From Candidatus Omnitrophota bacterium (lineage in GTDB: Bacteria; Omnitrophota; Gorgyraeia; Gygaellales; Profunditerraquicolaceae): 64,000 bases of DNA. Position 1 is the stretch's first letter. Every line of letters begins with the position of its first letter. A program made the translations under genes and the position numbers. The stretch is taken from assembly GCA_049517335.1 (NCBI GenBank), contig JBEKSD010000003.1, forward strand, positions 1-64,000. The letters run 5' to 3'. Shown here piece by piece: positions 37,589 through 49,872 of this stretch. The notes beneath the pieces were generated by a model. That model searched no databases. It saw nothing but the letters and a program-made list of their open reading frames with translations, and had not been told where the DNA came from.

Positions 37589-38680
37589 TTAGAGCTGCAA
37601 CCAATCTTTCAGCACCGGCTGGTATCCTTTTCTTTCAATTGCGTCTTTAATTTCATCAACACTTCTTTCGTCCGAAATCCGGAACTGGGCTTGATGAGCG
37701 CCCTGATTCAAAGTATGGCCTCCTACGGCTGTAGTTGAACCGGCAGACATCTTGGTAATTCCCAAGGACAGAATATTTTCCCTGAACTCCGGATTCTCAC
37801 GCGTAGATATTGTTATGCCGACACGCGGCAGGAATAATCTTAAAGCCATTATCATCTGGACGATATTCTTGTCTGTTACGATATAAGGTGCTGTAAAATT
37901 TCCTACCTGCGGCCTCAAGCGCGGGAGCGAAATACCAATTTCTACATCTGGAAACTTATCCTGCAGGTATTTTGCGTGTAGCCCCATAAAGAAAGCCTCC
38001 TTTCTCCATGGCGCTAATCCCAGTAAAATACCTATATTGACATTACGCATGCCTGATGCGCATCCTCTTTCAGGCGCATCAAGCCTAAAGTTATAATTCT
38101 TTTTTGCTCCGGCAAGATGCACCGAATCATAAACTGTTTCGTCGTAAACTTCCTGGTATATTGTTAACCCGTCAACTCCGCAGGAAACCAACTCTGCATA
38201 CTCAGCTTCTGTAAGCGGAAAAATTTCAATGGATATTGAACTAAAATATTTTTTCAGTACATTCACGCAATCCTTAATGTAGCTTATGGGCGTCATTTTA
38301 CGGGATTCTCCGGTCAGAATAAGAATGTGTTTTAATCCAGTAGAAGCGATGAACTTGGCTTCTTTTTCAACTTCATCTAGGGAAAGCTTTTTTCTTTTAA
38401 AGCTGTTATCCGCGGTAAAACCACAGTAAGCGCATTTATTTTCGCAGTAATCCGATAAATACATTGGTGTATAAAGTTGGATGGTCTTGCCGAAATTACT
38501 TATAGTCAACTCATGGGCCCTTGCAGCTATCTCCTCCAAATATTTTTCCGCGGAAGCAGAAAGAAGAGCGGAAAATTGAGAAATACTCACATTATCGGTT
38601 AATATGGCAGATTTTATATCTTCCGACTTTTCGTCAAAAGTCTTACCTTTATATTGTGAATAAACTTCATAATAATTCAT
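37589..38680 (-). CDS. thiH: 2-iminoacetate synthase
   Basis: [13 protein letters not shown] and SLPRLRP. Confidence 0.9.
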   Translation of the reverse strand: MNYYEVYSQYKGKTFDEKSEDIKSAILTDNVSISQFSALLSASAEKYLEEIAARAHELTISNFGKTIQLYTPMYLSDYCENKCAYCGFTADNSFKRKKLSLDEVEKEAKFIASTGLKHILILTGESRKMTPISYIKDCVNVLKKYFSSISIEIFPLTEAEYAELVSCGVDGLTIYQEVYDETVYDSVHLAGAKKNYNFRLDAPERGCASGMRNVNIGILLGLAPWRKEAFFMGLHAKYLQDKFPDVEIGISLPRLRPQVGNFTAPYIVTDKNIVQMIMALRLFLPRVGITISTRENPEFRENILSLGITKMSAGSTTAVGGHTLNQGAHQAQFRISDERSVDEIKDAIERKGYQPVLKDWLQL

Positions 38681-39465
38681 TTTCTTAAGAACCCCGTTAA
38701 TGGGCTAGATGCCTGAGCCACATTTGATTGCGCGGGTATACCGCTTAAAAAAGCCTGTCTTCCGGATGAAACCGCCTTGTTAAACGCTTCTGCAAAATTC
38801 ACCGGATCCGGGGAGATAGCAATAGCAGTATTCACTAATACAGCGGCACTTCCTAACTCCATACATCTACAGGCATCTGACGGCCTGCCTAATCCCGCAT
38901 CAACGATAATTGGAGCATTGACTTCTTCAATCATTATTTTAACAAGTTCTTCCGTCCTTAAACCCCTGTTACTGCCGATTGGTGAACCTAACGGCATAAC
39001 AGCGCTGGCTCCGTATTCAACAAGCTTTTTTGCCACAGCTATATCCGGACTCATATAAGGCAAAACGATAAAACCTTCTTTAACTAAAACCTCAGTTGCC
39101 TTTAAAACCTCAAGATTATCCGGCAGAAGGTATTTATTGTCCTTTATGATTTCAATTTTAATCCAGTTTCCCGCGCCTACTGCTTTGGCCAAGCGGGCAA
39201 TCCTTATTGCCTCCTCTGCGTTCCGGGCACCGGAAGTATTGGTCATCACCAAGCATTCTTTAGGGATATAATACAAAATGTTATCCGACTTAGAACCGAC
39301 ATCCACCCTTCTTAAAGCTACCGTTACCACATCCGGACTGACTTTTTCTAAAACTTCCTTCATAACACGGTTGCTTGAAAATTTTCCCGTGCCGATAAAT
39401 AACCTGTTCTTGATTTTCTTTTTTGCGATTATCAATGCGTCTTCCAATTTATCCTCCTCCGACAA
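38677..39465 (-). CDS. thiG: Thiazole synthase
   Basis: GTGKF, VTVALRR, WIKIE and MPLGSPIGS. Confidence 0.95.
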   Translation of the reverse strand: MSEEDKLEDALIIAKKKIKNRLFIGTGKFSSNRVMKEVLEKVSPDVVTVALRRVDVGSKSDNILYYIPKECLVMTNTSGARNAEEAIRIARLAKAVGAGNWIKIEIIKDNKYLLPDNLEVLKATEVLVKEGFIVLPYMSPDIAVAKKLVEYGASAVMPLGSPIGSNRGLRTEELVKIMIEEVNAPIIVDAGLGRPSDACRCMELGSAAVLVNTAIAISPDPVNFAEAFNKAVSSGRQAFLSGIPAQSNVAQASSPLTGFLRK

Positions 39466-39649
39466 AACTTAAGACCTCTAAAGTATCATCCTGGGCTATT
39501 ATAATTTTGCGCCATTCTTCTTTAGGCACAATGCGTAGATTATGTTCTACAATAATTCTTTCCAGAAGAAACCCCTTTTCTGCAAGTAAATCGTAGAGGG
39601 TTATTCCGGAGTTGAATGATATCTCTTCTCCGTTCAGTTTAACAGACAT
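39449..39649 (-). CDS. thiS: Sulfur carrier protein
   Basis: 66 aa, ends in FVGGG. Confidence 0.9.
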   Translation of the reverse strand: MSVKLNGEEISFNSGITLYDLLAEKGFLLERIIVEHNLRIVPKEEWRKIIIAQDDTLEVLSFVGGG

Positions 39650-39664
39650 CTCTCCCTCCTAAGA

Positions 39665-39700
39665 AATAAAAACCCTTAATGCCAAAAGATTAAGGGTTTT
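39665..39700 (-). terminator. Terminator of the TPP riboswitch
   Basis: AAAACCCTTAAT / ATTAAGGGTTTT followed by TATTT. Confidence 0.75.
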
Positions 39701-39704
39701 ATAT

Positions 39705-39800
39705 TTTTCCCTACGCTGGCATTATCCAGATCAGGTTAAACAAGGGTAATCTGCTTACTTTAAGCAGAACTCTCAGGCTGTCTGACAACCTCCCCTTACT
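39705..39800 (-). ncRNA. TPP riboswitch
   Basis: AGGGG...CTGAGA...ACCC...AACCTGATCTGGATAATGCCAGCGTAGGGAA upstream of thiS. Confidence 0.95.
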
Positions 39801-39803
39801 TTT

Positions 39804-40394
39804 TTATTTTGAAATCACAAAAACCGCATTAAGAGCAAGAAGATTCGGCCAAAACCTAACCCTGCGCAATTTTCCAAGATTATACACCTGGAGAATCTTT
39901 ATATCTTTACTTTTACAATAATATTTAAAATCGCTGATACTCAAAAACCGGACGTTAGGAGTATCGTACCAGCGGTATGGTAAGGATTTCGTAATCGGGG
40001 CCTTGCCTTTAAAAAACATCATAAAGCGCGCCTTTATATGGGCAAAGTTAGAAAAGCCTATAATGACTTTCTTGCCTACGCGAAGCGTCTCCTCTATAAC
40101 AAAGTCAATTTTTTTGACCTCCTGCATACTCTGATTCAAAATCACGTAATCAAAGTTTTTATCCGGATATTCAGTCAAGCCACTGTCAATATCGCTTTGA
40201 AAAACGCTCAAGCCTTTTTCAACGCAATCATGGATAGCCTCATCGTCAAGCTCAATACCCTGCACAATCGCATTTTTCTTTTCTGAGAGCAAAAGAATAA
40301 GGTCTCCGTTGCCGCAGCCTAAATCCAGAACGCGCGACCCGGGTTCAATAATATTAGTAATAACCTTATAATCTAACCTTATTTTTTCAGACAA
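39804..40394 (-). CDS. metW: Methionine biosynthesis protein MetW
   Basis: VLDLGCGNG and WYDTPN; follows metX. Confidence 0.9.
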   Translation of the reverse strand: MSEKIRLDYKVITNIIEPGSRVLDLGCGNGDLILLLSEKKNAIVQGIELDDEAIHDCVEKGLSVFQSDIDSGLTEYPDKNFDYVILNQSMQEVKKIDFVIEETLRVGKKVIIGFSNFAHIKARFMMFFKGKAPITKSLPYRWYDTPNVRFLSISDFKYYCKSKDIKILQVYNLGKLRRVRFWPNLLALNAVFVISK

Positions 40395-40412
40395 TTTTCA
40401 ACCTCTCTGTAC

Positions 40413-41540
40413 TTATCCGTGAAAAGTTTTCTTAAGAAAGTGCTTGATTAAATGCGTTTCCTCTTCAACCTCCAGAAGGAATGCATCATGGCCATAGGTT
40501 GAGTTTATTTCACAGTACGTAGCGTCCTGACCGCGCAATTTCAGGGCTCGCGCTATCTCCTGCGACTGATAGGAAGGATACAGCCAATCGGACTTAAAAG
40601 AGATAACCAGAAAACGCAGATCAATATCTTTATCTTTCGGTATAAGTTTACTACCGGAAAGGTCAAAATAATCCATGGCCTTAGTCAAATACAGGTAAGA
40701 GTTGGCGTCAAAGCGCTTAACAAAATTATCCCCTCTATACCTTAAATACCCTTCAACTTCAAAATCTGTTGCGAATTTAAAACTATAATCCTGTGCTTTA
40801 AGCCGACGGGAGAATTTTTCTTCCATAGATTTATCGCTCATATAAGTAATATGGCCGATCATGCGCGCAACAGCTAACCCTCTTTCCGGCTTTGCTTTCC
40901 CGTAATAATTGCCTTCATTCCACGCCGGGTCAGCCATTACTGCCTGCCTGCCTACTTCATCAAAGGCAATCTGCTGAGGCGAATGTTTTAAAGTTGTAGC
41001 AATGGGTATGGCGCTTTGCACATGCTTAGGATATGTTGCTACCCATTGCAAAACCTGCATTCCGCCCATCGAGCCTCCGATAATACAAAGAAGTTTCTTG
41101 ATTCCCAAATGATCAATCAAATACTTTTGGGCCCTGACCATATCAGCAATGGTAATTACCGGAAAATCAAGTCCGTAATAATTGCTTGTTTTCGGGTTAA
41201 TTGATGCCGGGCCGGTGCTCCCCTTACATCCGCCAATGACATTTGAACAAATCACGAAATACTTATTTGTATCCAACGCTTTATTCGGCCCAACCAACAC
41301 ATCCCACCAACCGGGATCTTTATCTCCTTCGTGGAATCCTGCGGCATGCGCATCCCCGGATAAGGCATGTTCAACAAGAATAGCATTACTTTTGTCTGTA
41401 TTAAGCTCGCCGTAAGTTTCATAGCTAAGCGTAATGGGGCCTAAAGACTGCCCGGAATCGAGCTTCAATCCATCTGAGCCTTCTGCGAAACTAAAATATT
41501 CCTGTTTTAGAGTACCTACCGATTCTGTTTTATAAGTCAT
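40413..41540 (-). CDS. metX: Homoserine O-acetyltransferase
   Basis: [16 protein letters not shown] and GHDAFL. Confidence 0.95.
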   Translation of the reverse strand: MTYKTESVGTLKQEYFSFAEGSDGLKLDSGQSLGPITLSYETYGELNTDKSNAILVEHALSGDAHAAGFHEGDKDPGWWDVLVGPNKALDTNKYFVICSNVIGGCKGSTGPASINPKTSNYYGLDFPVITIADMVRAQKYLIDHLGIKKLLCIIGGSMGGMQVLQWVATYPKHVQSAIPIATTLKHSPQQIAFDEVGRQAVMADPAWNEGNYYGKAKPERGLAVARMIGHITYMSDKSMEEKFSRRLKAQDYSFKFATDFEVEGYLRYRGDNFVKRFDANSYLYLTKAMDYFDLSGSKLIPKDKDIDLRFLVISFKSDWLYPSYQSQEIARALKLRGQDATYCEINSTYGHDAFLLEVEEETHLIKHFLKKTFHG

Positions 41541-42472
41541 CCTAAGTATTCCTGAAATAACCAGGTTGTCAGATAGCGTTCGCCTGTATCAGGCAGAACT
41601 ACCACTATGGTTTTACCTTGTGATTCTTTGCGCTTGGCAACCTCTAATGCCGCCCATACGGCAGCGCCACTTGAAATCCCCACAAAAATGCCTTCCTGCC
41701 GCGCTAATTTTCTTGCAACTTGCCCCGCATCATCATTAGATACCTTAATGATTTCATCAATTATTTCGCGGTTAAGTATCTGCGGAATAAATCCCGCGCC
41801 TATTCCCTGAATTTTATGCGGTCCCGGCTTGCCTCCGGATAAAACCGGAGAATCGACCGGTTCAATTCCTATGACCTTTACGGAAGGTTTATTTTTTTTA
41901 AGTACTTCCCCTACTCCGGTTATTGTACCACCGGTGCCGATTCCGGCAATAAAAATGTCTACTTTGCCGTCAGTATCATCCCATATTTCCTGCGCGGTTG
42001 TTTTACGGTGGATCTCGGGATTTGCCGGATTATTAAACTGCTGCGGCACAAAACTATTTGGAGTAACCTTTGCCAATTCTTCTGCTTTCTCAACTGCCCC
42101 GCGCATGCCTTTAGCCCCTTCAGTCAAAATAAGCTCTGCGCCGAGAATCTTCAAAAGCTGCCTGCGCTCTAGGCTCATGGTATCCGGCATGGTCAAAATC
42201 AGCTTATACCCCTTGGCTGCGGCTACGAATGCCAAAGCAATCCCGGTATTACCACTGGTCGGTTCAATGATTACTGAATTTTTTTTCAAAAGCCCTTTTC
42301 TTTCGGCATCTTCGATCATAGCGACCCCTATGCGGTCTTTAACACTTGAAAGCGGATTAAACGATTCTATTTTTGCCAAAACAAACGCATCTAAACCCTC
42401 AGTGATACGATTTAGTTTCACCAGAGGAGTATTTCCAACGGTTTTGGTTATATCATCAAATATTCTACTCAT
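41537..42472 (-). CDS. cysK: Cysteine synthase A
   Basis: SVKDRI, PTSGNTG and [11 protein letters not shown]. Confidence 0.95.
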   Translation of the reverse strand: MSRIFDDITKTVGNTPLVKLNRITEGLDAFVLAKIESFNPLSSVKDRIGVAMIEDAERKGLLKKNSVIIEPTSGNTGIALAFVAAAKGYKLILTMPDTMSLERRQLLKILGAELILTEGAKGMRGAVEKAEELAKVTPNSFVPQQFNNPANPEIHRKTTAQEIWDDTDGKVDIFIAGIGTGGTITGVGEVLKKNKPSVKVIGIEPVDSPVLSGGKPGPHKIQGIGAGFIPQILNREIIDEIIKVSNDDAGQVARKLARQEGIFVGISSGAAVWAALEVAKRKESQGKTIVVVLPDTGERYLTTWLFQEYLG

Positions 42473-42488
42473 ATTCCCTCCTTAAAAA

Positions 42489-43811
<1,323 letters not shown>

Positions 43812-43813
43812 TT

Positions 43814-43851
43814 AACTACAGGCAAGGGGAATAAACCCCTTGCCTGTAGTT
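43814..43851. other. 16-bp stem hairpin inside the operon (stabiliser or attenuator)
   Basis: AACTACAGGCAAGGGG / CCCCTTGCCTGTAGTT; the U-tract is on the plus-strand side only. Confidence 0.6.
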
Positions 43852-43857
43852 TTATCT

Positions 43858-44697
43858 TTAGAAAGCATATTGCGCGCTTAATACAAACCCGCTGCCTAAT
43901 CCTTGCCTCGTAGAATTAGTGTAGCTACCGGTATCAGTATAGGCTGCAATAAGAGTAAGATTTTTGTTTGCAAGCCATGCTAGATGCGTATCCCAGTAGT
44001 TATTATTTTTATAAGTCGCAAACTGCTCTCCCTGCTTAAACTCCCAACCAACCACAAAACCGTGAGGCAGTACCACAGCAATGTTGGCAAACCCGGTGGT
44101 CTTTCTCTTGTTATGGAAACCTAACACGCCTGTAACAAATTCCTGCGAGGAAAGCACGCCACCAGAAACAATCACAGGTAGCGGAAGCTGTGTTATCGTT
44201 TTTGTTGCCACAGCATACCAATCCTGTCCGCTCGTACGAAGGGGAAGGCCCAGTTTATGTACGCCTTCGCTGGTAACCTTATATATAGTCCCAACGGAAA
44301 CAGCGGGAACCCATTTTGAATTAAATGAATCCTCATCTAATAACAGATACTTAGCTCCGACGTTGTTTTTATGAAAAGTTGGATGGTCTACCCAGCTGAC
44401 AGCTTGAAAGCCGTAAGAAACTTCCAGCTTTTTAAATAAGGTATCTGCCACGCCAACTGATGTCCAGTCAATGGACGGATCCCCCAAATTCACATACCAA
44501 GCGCTGAATCTGGGTTTACCTATTACATCCTGATTACCGATCTTAAAATCACTGTCCCCCTCGGCAAGATACGCCAACGGGTTAAATGCCACACCGCCCA
44601 CGCCTTCCAGATTATTGAACGGGGGAGCGGCGAATACGTTTTTTGAAAATACGACGGTCAGCAAAAGAGCGGTGAAAAACAAAATAAGCTTTTTCAT
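43858..44697 (-). CDS. Outer-membrane beta-barrel protein (DUF3034-like)
   Basis: Signal peptide; LEGVGG...P.A; C-terminal S.Q.AF. Confidence 0.7.
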   Translation of the reverse strand: MKKLILFFTALLLTVVFSKNVFAAPPFNNLEGVGGVAFNPLAYLAEGDSDFKIGNQDVIGKPRFSAWYVNLGDPSIDWTSVGVADTLFKKLEVSYGFQAVSWVDHPTFHKNNVGAKYLLLDEDSFNSKWVPAVSVGTIYKVTSEGVHKLGLPLRTSGQDWYAVATKTITQLPLPVIVSGGVLSSQEFVTGVLGFHNKRKTTGFANIAVVLPHGFVVGWEFKQGEQFATYKNNNYWDTHLAWLANKNLTLIAAYTDTGSYTNSTRQGLGSGFVLSAQYAF

Positions 44698-44820
44698 ATG
44701 TTTCTCCTTAACTTAATTTGCGCTTCCTACTCCAGCTGACTGGCCGTATTGAGCTTTAAATTTTTAAAGAACGAAGTTCCGGAATGTCCGGTAAAACACA
44801 AAACTTAAAAATGCCTACTT

Positions 44821-45009
44821 TTAGATTCCACCTCCTTCTTCAATAAACCAAACACCATCAAAACGGCTTTTTTTAGATACGTCAATTTGCACTATTTTTG
44901 AGTTGTGTACTTTAATAATGACAGAACCGAACTTCAAATCACGAATAGTATCCGCTATATCTTTTATAATCGCATCATTTACGATATTCTTATTTTCCTT
45001 CATATCCAT
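44821..45009 (-). CDS. YezD/OscA (DUF2292) family small protein
   Basis: I..LKFGSV.IKVH..KIVQID..K.R. Confidence 0.8.
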   Translation of the reverse strand: MDMKENKNIVNDAIIKDIADTIRDLKFGSVIIKVHNSKIVQIDVSKKSRFDGVWFIEEGGGI

Positions 45010-45020
45010 CCATTCCTTAA

Positions 45021-45458
45021 TTATATTTGATAAGTAAAAACTTTATTTGTGGTTACTACCTGCTTCGCCAAATCTTCAAAAGTTATATTATCCACGATAT
45101 CACTTGTTGCTTGGGCTACCTGTTTAAAAATATTCCTAAAGGTACATTTATAAATATCGGCGCACCCGGAATAATCTTTTTCAGTACATGCAATCGGTTC
45201 AAGTGGGCCGTCAATATACCTTATCAGATCACCTATTTTAATTTGAGAAGGATGTTTTGCCAGTAAATAACCGCCGACTTTCCCCCTGCGGCTCTCTACA
45301 AACCTGCCTCTTTTCAAGTCCAACAAAACCTGCTCTAAGAATTTAATCGGTATCTGCGCGTGACTAGCTAAATCGTGAATGGTAACGATCTTGTCATAAT
45401 TTATAGCCAGATCCAATACTGCTTTTAAAGCATAATCTCCGCGATATGTAATTTTCAT
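45021..45458 (-). CDS. Rrf2 family regulator (CymR/IscR-like)
   Basis: DYALKA, FLEQVL..LK, SRRGKVGGY and three Cys (C..C..C). Confidence 0.9.
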   Translation of the reverse strand: MKITYRGDYALKAVLDLAINYDKIVTIHDLASHAQIPIKFLEQVLLDLKRGRFVESRRGKVGGYLLAKHPSQIKIGDLIRYIDGPLEPIACTEKDYSGCADIYKCTFRNIFKQVAQATSDIVDNITFEDLAKQVVTTNKVFTYQI

Positions 45459-45478
45459 TTTAAACCTCACATCATGAT

Positions 45479-45526
45479 TATGTCTATCAACTTAGTAGAG
45501 TATAATATATTTTTTATTCTTGTCAA
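45479..45526 (-). promoter_or_regulatory. Promoter plus CymR/IscR-like operator
   Basis: TTGACA-16-TATACT; imperfect palindrome ATGTCTATCAACTTAGTAGAGTAT. Confidence 0.6.
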
Positions 45527-45546
45527 GTATTTTCTTGAATTTTTTA

Positions 45547-45837
45547 TCAAACAATCAGCTTTAGGGCTTCTTTGACTGGCTGGCCGGATTTTATTCCAAG
45601 CTTCGTTGCGGCAGGTGTGCAGGAATTAATTTTGGCTTTTAAAGCATCCGATATTGTGGCTACTCTCACTATCTTGGCGGCAGCGTCTCTAAATTTTTTA
45701 GCTACGCTTAAATTTAGATACCCGCACATAATATAACCTCTGCAGCCCTTCAAAAGAACAAAATTTTTAGCCTGCAGATTAGTGGAAAAAGCTTCAATAT
45801 ACCTTGTGCCTATTTTGATTTTCTTATATTCTTTCAA
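45547..45837 (-). CDS. DUF1805/YunC family protein
   Basis: GYIMCGYLN, AA.IV.V and LGI..G..VKEAL. Confidence 0.8.
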   Translation of the reverse strand: MKEYKKIKIGTRYIEAFSTNLQAKNFVLLKGCRGYIMCGYLNLSVAKKFRDAAAKIVRVATISDALKAKINSCTPAATKLGIKSGQPVKEALKLIV

Positions 45838-45845
45838 CTTATGTC

Positions 45846-46757
45846 TTAATTTTTGAAGTTATGCTGGGCTAAATATTTAAAAGCGCTAAGACAAGCTTTG
45901 GAGCCTTCCCCTGCGGCAATAATAATCTGTTTCTCCGGCACGTCGGTCACGTCGCCTGTGGCAAAAACTCCGGGAATATTGGTTTCGTTATAACTATTCA
46001 CTTTTATCTCGCCAAGTCGGTTTTTCTCTACGCCTGCGGCAAATTCGCTATTTGGGATAAGCCCTATCTCTACAAAAACTCCCCCTACGCCCAAGGTTTC
46101 TTCTCTATCCTTACGCTTCACTTTAATCCCGCTTACAAATTTATCGCCCAATATTTCAACTATCCGGCTGTTATTCCATATGCTAACCTTATCAGAGCTT
46201 TCAACCTTTTCTCTCATAATCGCATCTCCAACCAGCGAGGATTTTATATTTATCAAATAAACGTGCTTTGCGATCTTAATTAATTGTAAAGCTGCATCCA
46301 GCGCGGAATTCCCCCCACCGATAACCGCGACTTCCTTACCGGAAAAAAGCGGGGCGTCGCATGTTGCGCAATAGGTAAGACCGCGGTTCCTGAATTCTTC
46401 TTCGCCTGCGACGTTAAGCTTCCGGGTCCTTTTTCCAGAAGCGATAATCAGGCTTCGCGCTTCATATTTACTTTTACCGGTTATAACAGTAACTACATCA
46501 TTTTCTTTTTTTAATTCAACAACTGTTTCATTTTCTCTTACCGGAATATTATACTTGCGCATATGCTCTTCAAATTTAAGCGCCAGTTCCGGCCCGGTAA
46601 TAAACTGATAACCCGTGTAGTTCTCAATATCCCCGCTCCAGGCAGCCTGTCCGCCGATATCGCCCGTAATAACAAGCGCATTCAGCATTTTACGCGCCGC
46701 ATAAACACTAGCGGTAATCCCTGCCGGACCTGCCCCTATAATTATTAAGTCATACAT
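45846..46757 (-). CDS. Thioredoxin reductase / AhpF-like oxidoreductase
   Basis: GAGPAG, YCATCD and GGGNSA. Confidence 0.9.
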   Translation of the reverse strand: MYDLIIIGAGPAGITASVYAARKMLNALVITGDIGGQAAWSGDIENYTGYQFITGPELALKFEEHMRKYNIPVRENETVVELKKENDVVTVITGKSKYEARSLIIASGKRTRKLNVAGEEEFRNRGLTYCATCDAPLFSGKEVAVIGGGNSALDAALQLIKIAKHVYLINIKSSLVGDAIMREKVESSDKVSIWNNSRIVEILGDKFVSGIKVKRKDREETLGVGGVFVEIGLIPNSEFAAGVEKNRLGEIKVNSYNETNIPGVFATGDVTDVPEKQIIIAAGEGSKACLSAFKYLAQHNFKN

Positions 46758-46760
46758 ATT

Positions 46761-46994
46761 TTAGATACCAAGTGTCTGTTTTATCTTTTCTTTATCAAAC
46801 CCCACAATAACCGTACCCTCTATGTCAAGCACCGGTACGCCCATCTGGCCGGACTTCTTAGTCATTTCGTCGGCCTTTTCAGAATTCACTGAAACGTCAT
46901 AATCCTGGTAAGGGACATTATTTTCTTTTAAAAACTGCTTCGTCCTTATACACCACGGACAGGTAGGAGTGCTGTAAATCAAGACGTTCTTCAT
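46761..46994 (-). CDS. NrdH-like glutaredoxin
   Basis: CPWC and GQMGVPV. Confidence 0.9.
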   Translation of the reverse strand: MKNVLIYSTPTCPWCIRTKQFLKENNVPYQDYDVSVNSEKADEMTKKSGQMGVPVLDIEGTVIVGFDKEKIKQTLGI

Positions 46995-47010
46995 AAGGTT
47001 CCCCCTTTTC

Positions 47011-47487
47011 TTAAAGTGCGCTTTTTAGCTCTATAAGTTTCTGCAAATGAAGCTGCTCTTGGGCGATAAGCTGGTCAACAAGAGCAACATTGCCCCCCAT
47101 TACCACTTTTTTCATGCCTTCATAAAAAATAATCGAATCCTTTTCAAACCCGATTCCCTTCTCAATTGCTTCCTTTTCGCTTTTTATCTTCTTTGCTACT
47201 TCTGAGCCTTTGCCCGCTTGAGTAAAAACATACTCCCCGGCCAGGGTTTTCATATAACTAAGATATTCCCCGGGATAACTTTCCACCGGTTCATAATTTT
47301 CTACCGTAGAAAGAATCTGCTCAAATACTTTTATATGTTTTTTTTCTTCCCCGGCAAGGTAGCGGAATACCTCTTTGGCTTTTTTATGCTTAGACTGTTC
47401 ATCCAAGGCGCGGTAAAAATCCCTGCCGTTTTTCTCAATCTGTATCCCGATCCCGACTATTTCGCTGCCGGAAAAAATATTTACCAT
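47011..47487 (-). CDS. Ferritin/rubrerythrin family protein
   Basis: E..G..FY, EEKKH, EKDS..FY and EQLH. Confidence 0.85.
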   Translation of the reverse strand: MVNIFSGSEIVGIGIQIEKNGRDFYRALDEQSKHKKAKEVFRYLAGEEKKHIKVFEQILSTVENYEPVESYPGEYLSYMKTLAGEYVFTQAGKGSEVAKKIKSEKEAIEKGIGFEKDSIIFYEGMKKVVMGGNVALVDQLIAQEQLHLQKLIELKSAL

Positions 47488-47511
47488 TGTTTTCTCCTCT
47501 TTTCAGTTTTT

Positions 47512-47970
47512 TTATTTCAAGGGCGGCGGCGTAAGGTTTACTGCTTCTTCCACCTCAACCTCGAGCAAATACTCCGGTTTTGGAAGCATGGCCTCGGGAT
47601 GACGAGAATGCCCTTTTTCATCACGAATATTCTTAAGCAGGCGCTGGGTAAGACGACTGGTAATCCGGTCCTCCCAAGCCTTGATAATCTCAGGTCTCAA
47701 TTCTTCCGGAGGCATAATTCTCCCCTTGCCTTTTAAACAATAGCCGGTAAATTTATGCTCGTTTATCGCAGAAATACTCACATAGTGATTATGCAACAGG
47801 TTTTCATAAGTCCTTGCGCAATAAACATCCAGTAGATAAACCCTGCCGTTATTCTTAATATCGACTATCCCCTTGCATGAAATATGGGGATAGCCGTTCT
47901 TATCAATGGTAGCAATAACGACAAATCCCTGATTTTGGAAAAAGTGCATTATCTCTTCGCTTAATTTCAT
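47512..47970 (-). CDS. Pyridoxamine 5'-phosphate oxidase-like FMN-binding protein
   Basis: IATIDKNGYPH and RTYENL. Confidence 0.8.
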   Translation of the reverse strand: MKLSEEIMHFFQNQGFVVIATIDKNGYPHISCKGIVDIKNNGRVYLLDVYCARTYENLLHNHYVSISAINEHKFTGYCLKGKGRIMPPEELRPEIIKAWEDRITSRLTQRLLKNIRDEKGHSRHPEAMLPKPEYLLEVEVEEAVNLTPPPLK

Positions 47971-49157
47971 TTATTTATTTTTGACGCAAAGCTGCGCCCG
48001 AATTCAAAGCAGGCCTTCAAATCAGCTTCTGCGGGAGCATATTTTATCCCGAGTCCCGGCTGGAATACTTCAAGCCCTGCCTTTTTCAATAACTCTTCTA
48101 TTTCTGCGACCGCTCCTCCTGCCCAGCCAAACGAACCAAAAGCTGCAGCCAGGCGCTCCTTTACCTTGAATCCTTTTACAAGCTCCAAAAATGCGGCAAT
48201 ATTCGGAAGTATATCATTATCATGAGTGGAAGAACCGAAAAGGAAACCTTTAGCGCTAAGCATATCCTTAACCACTTCCGTCCTGTCGGTTGAGGCGATA
48301 TCATAAATTTTCGCGCTCACCCCTTCGCTTACAATACCTTCCAGTATCTTGCGGGACATTTCTTTTGTTGCTCCCCACATTGTCTCATAAACAATGATAA
48401 TTTTAGGCTCTGTTACATTTTTTGCCCAATTCAGGTAAGCATTGATGATTTTTGCCGGCTCCTTCCTCCAGATAACCCCGTGGCTGGGCGCAATTATCTT
48501 AATAGGAATGTTCATTTTATGGACTTCTTCAATCTTACGCAGGATTACCGAACCCAAAGGCCACAGTATATTGGCGTAATATTTTTCCGCCTCATCCATG
48601 AGCGCGCAACTGTCTACTTCATCGTCAAAACGCTCTACTGTCGCGTAATGCTGACCAAAAGCATCGTTAGGCATAAGAAGCGCATCTTGCGGGCAATAGG
48701 TAAACATGCTGTCCGGCCAATGGATCATCGGTGCTTCAATAAACTTTAAGGTTCGCTTTCCTAATTTTAATTCATCTCCGGTTTTAACTACCTGAAAATC
48801 CCAATTCTGGTAATAATGCCGATATAAACCCTCCTTGCACTTGGCAGTGCCGATAACTTTTGCCTTAGGGATTAACTTCATCAACTCAGGAAGCGCTCCG
48901 GAGTGGTCGGTCTCAACGTGGTTAGCTATAACATAATCTATTTTCTCAATTGGGATAATCTGCCTGATATTCTCAATAAGCTCATGGCCAAAACTTCCCA
49001 GTACCGTATCCACTAAAGCGGTCTTTTCATCCAGTATCAGGTAGGAATTATACGTAGTTCCTCTGTTCGTGGTGTAGGTGTGGCCGTGGAAATTGCGCAC
49101 ATCCCAGTCTATGGCTCCCACCGAATAAATATCAGGAATTATTTTCAAATTAGGCAT
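47967..49157 (-). CDS. fprA: Flavodiiron protein (FprA), O2/NO reductase
   Basis: HVETDHSG, HWPDSM, DAFGQH and a flavodoxin domain. Confidence 0.95.
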   Translation of the reverse strand: MPNLKIIPDIYSVGAIDWDVRNFHGHTYTTNRGTTYNSYLILDEKTALVDTVLGSFGHELIENIRQIIPIEKIDYVIANHVETDHSGALPELMKLIPKAKVIGTAKCKEGLYRHYYQNWDFQVVKTGDELKLGKRTLKFIEAPMIHWPDSMFTYCPQDALLMPNDAFGQHYATVERFDDEVDSCALMDEAEKYYANILWPLGSVILRKIEEVHKMNIPIKIIAPSHGVIWRKEPAKIINAYLNWAKNVTEPKIIIVYETMWGATKEMSRKILEGIVSEGVSAKIYDIASTDRTEVVKDMLSAKGFLFGSSTHDNDILPNIAAFLELVKGFKVKERLAAAFGSFGWAGGAVAEIEELLKKAGLEVFQPGLGIKYAPAEADLKACFEFGRSFASKINK

Positions 49158-49187
49158 TTAATCATCCCCCCCCCCTACTCCGTCTAT

Positions 49188-49346
49188 TTATATCTTTTCG
49201 AATTGGTCCTTTGGTACTCCGCACTCAGGGCAAACCCAGCTATCGGGAAGTTTTTCAAAAGGCGTGCCGGGTTGTATGTCTTGGGTTGAATCCCCTATTG
49301 CGGGATCATAAATATATCCGCAAACTGTGCACCTGTATTTATCCAT
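49188..49346 (-). CDS. Rubredoxin, 52 aa (missing from the ORF track)
   Basis: [19 protein letters not shown]...[27 protein letters not shown]; AAGGAGG RBS. Confidence 0.95.
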   Translation of the reverse strand: MDKYRCTVCGYIYDPAIGDSTQDIQPGTPFEKLPDSWVCPECGVPKDQFEKI

Positions 49347-49359
49347 TAAGACCTCCTTA

Positions 49360-49872
49360 TTATTTATGGGTAAAAAGCCCGGTTAGCTGCGCTTCTTCTA
49401 TTACGTGACCTGCTATCGCTTCCGTAAACGCCCGGTTATCCGGCGGCGATTTAAATTTCAATTCGGTATCGAGGGCAAATATCTTAAATATATAGCGGTG
49501 TGTCCCCGAGGGCGGGCAGGGGCCGTGGTAAGCATTGTCTCCCGCGCTGTTTACTCCCTGATCGCCCGGCACACTTGCCTCTGTTATACGCGAAAGGGAC
49601 GGGATATTATAAACAATCCAGTGCGTCCATAATCCTGCTGGCGCATCAGGGTCAACCACAAGCAAAGCAAGCGTCTTGGTATTGGCAGGTATATCTTTGA
49701 TGGACAACTCGGGGCTTAGATCATCGCCCCGACAGGAAAATCTTTGGGGTATATATTCATTATTGCCGAAAGAAGGGCTGGTTAATTTCATATTCGCGCT
49801 CCAGGCTAAATTAATAAAAAAAATTCCACTTAAAAAACTTAGGAGCAAAAAAGAAACTACGGGCTTATCCAT
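49360..49872 (-). CDS. YbhB/YbcL (PEBP) family protein
   Basis: DPDAP, THW and [11 protein letters not shown]. Confidence 0.9.
   Translation of the reverse strand: MDKPVVSFLLLSFLSGIFFINLAWSANMKLTSPSFGNNEYIPQRFSCRGDDLSPELSIKDIPANTKTLALLVVDPDAPAGLWTHWIVYNIPSLSRITEASVPGDQGVNSAGDNAYHGPCPPSGTHRYIFKIFALDTELKFKSPPDNRAFTEAIAGHVIEEAQLTGLFTHK

Noticed and set aside
49211-49408. Plus-strand 65-aa ORF
   Set aside because: Antisense shadow of the real rubredoxin gene
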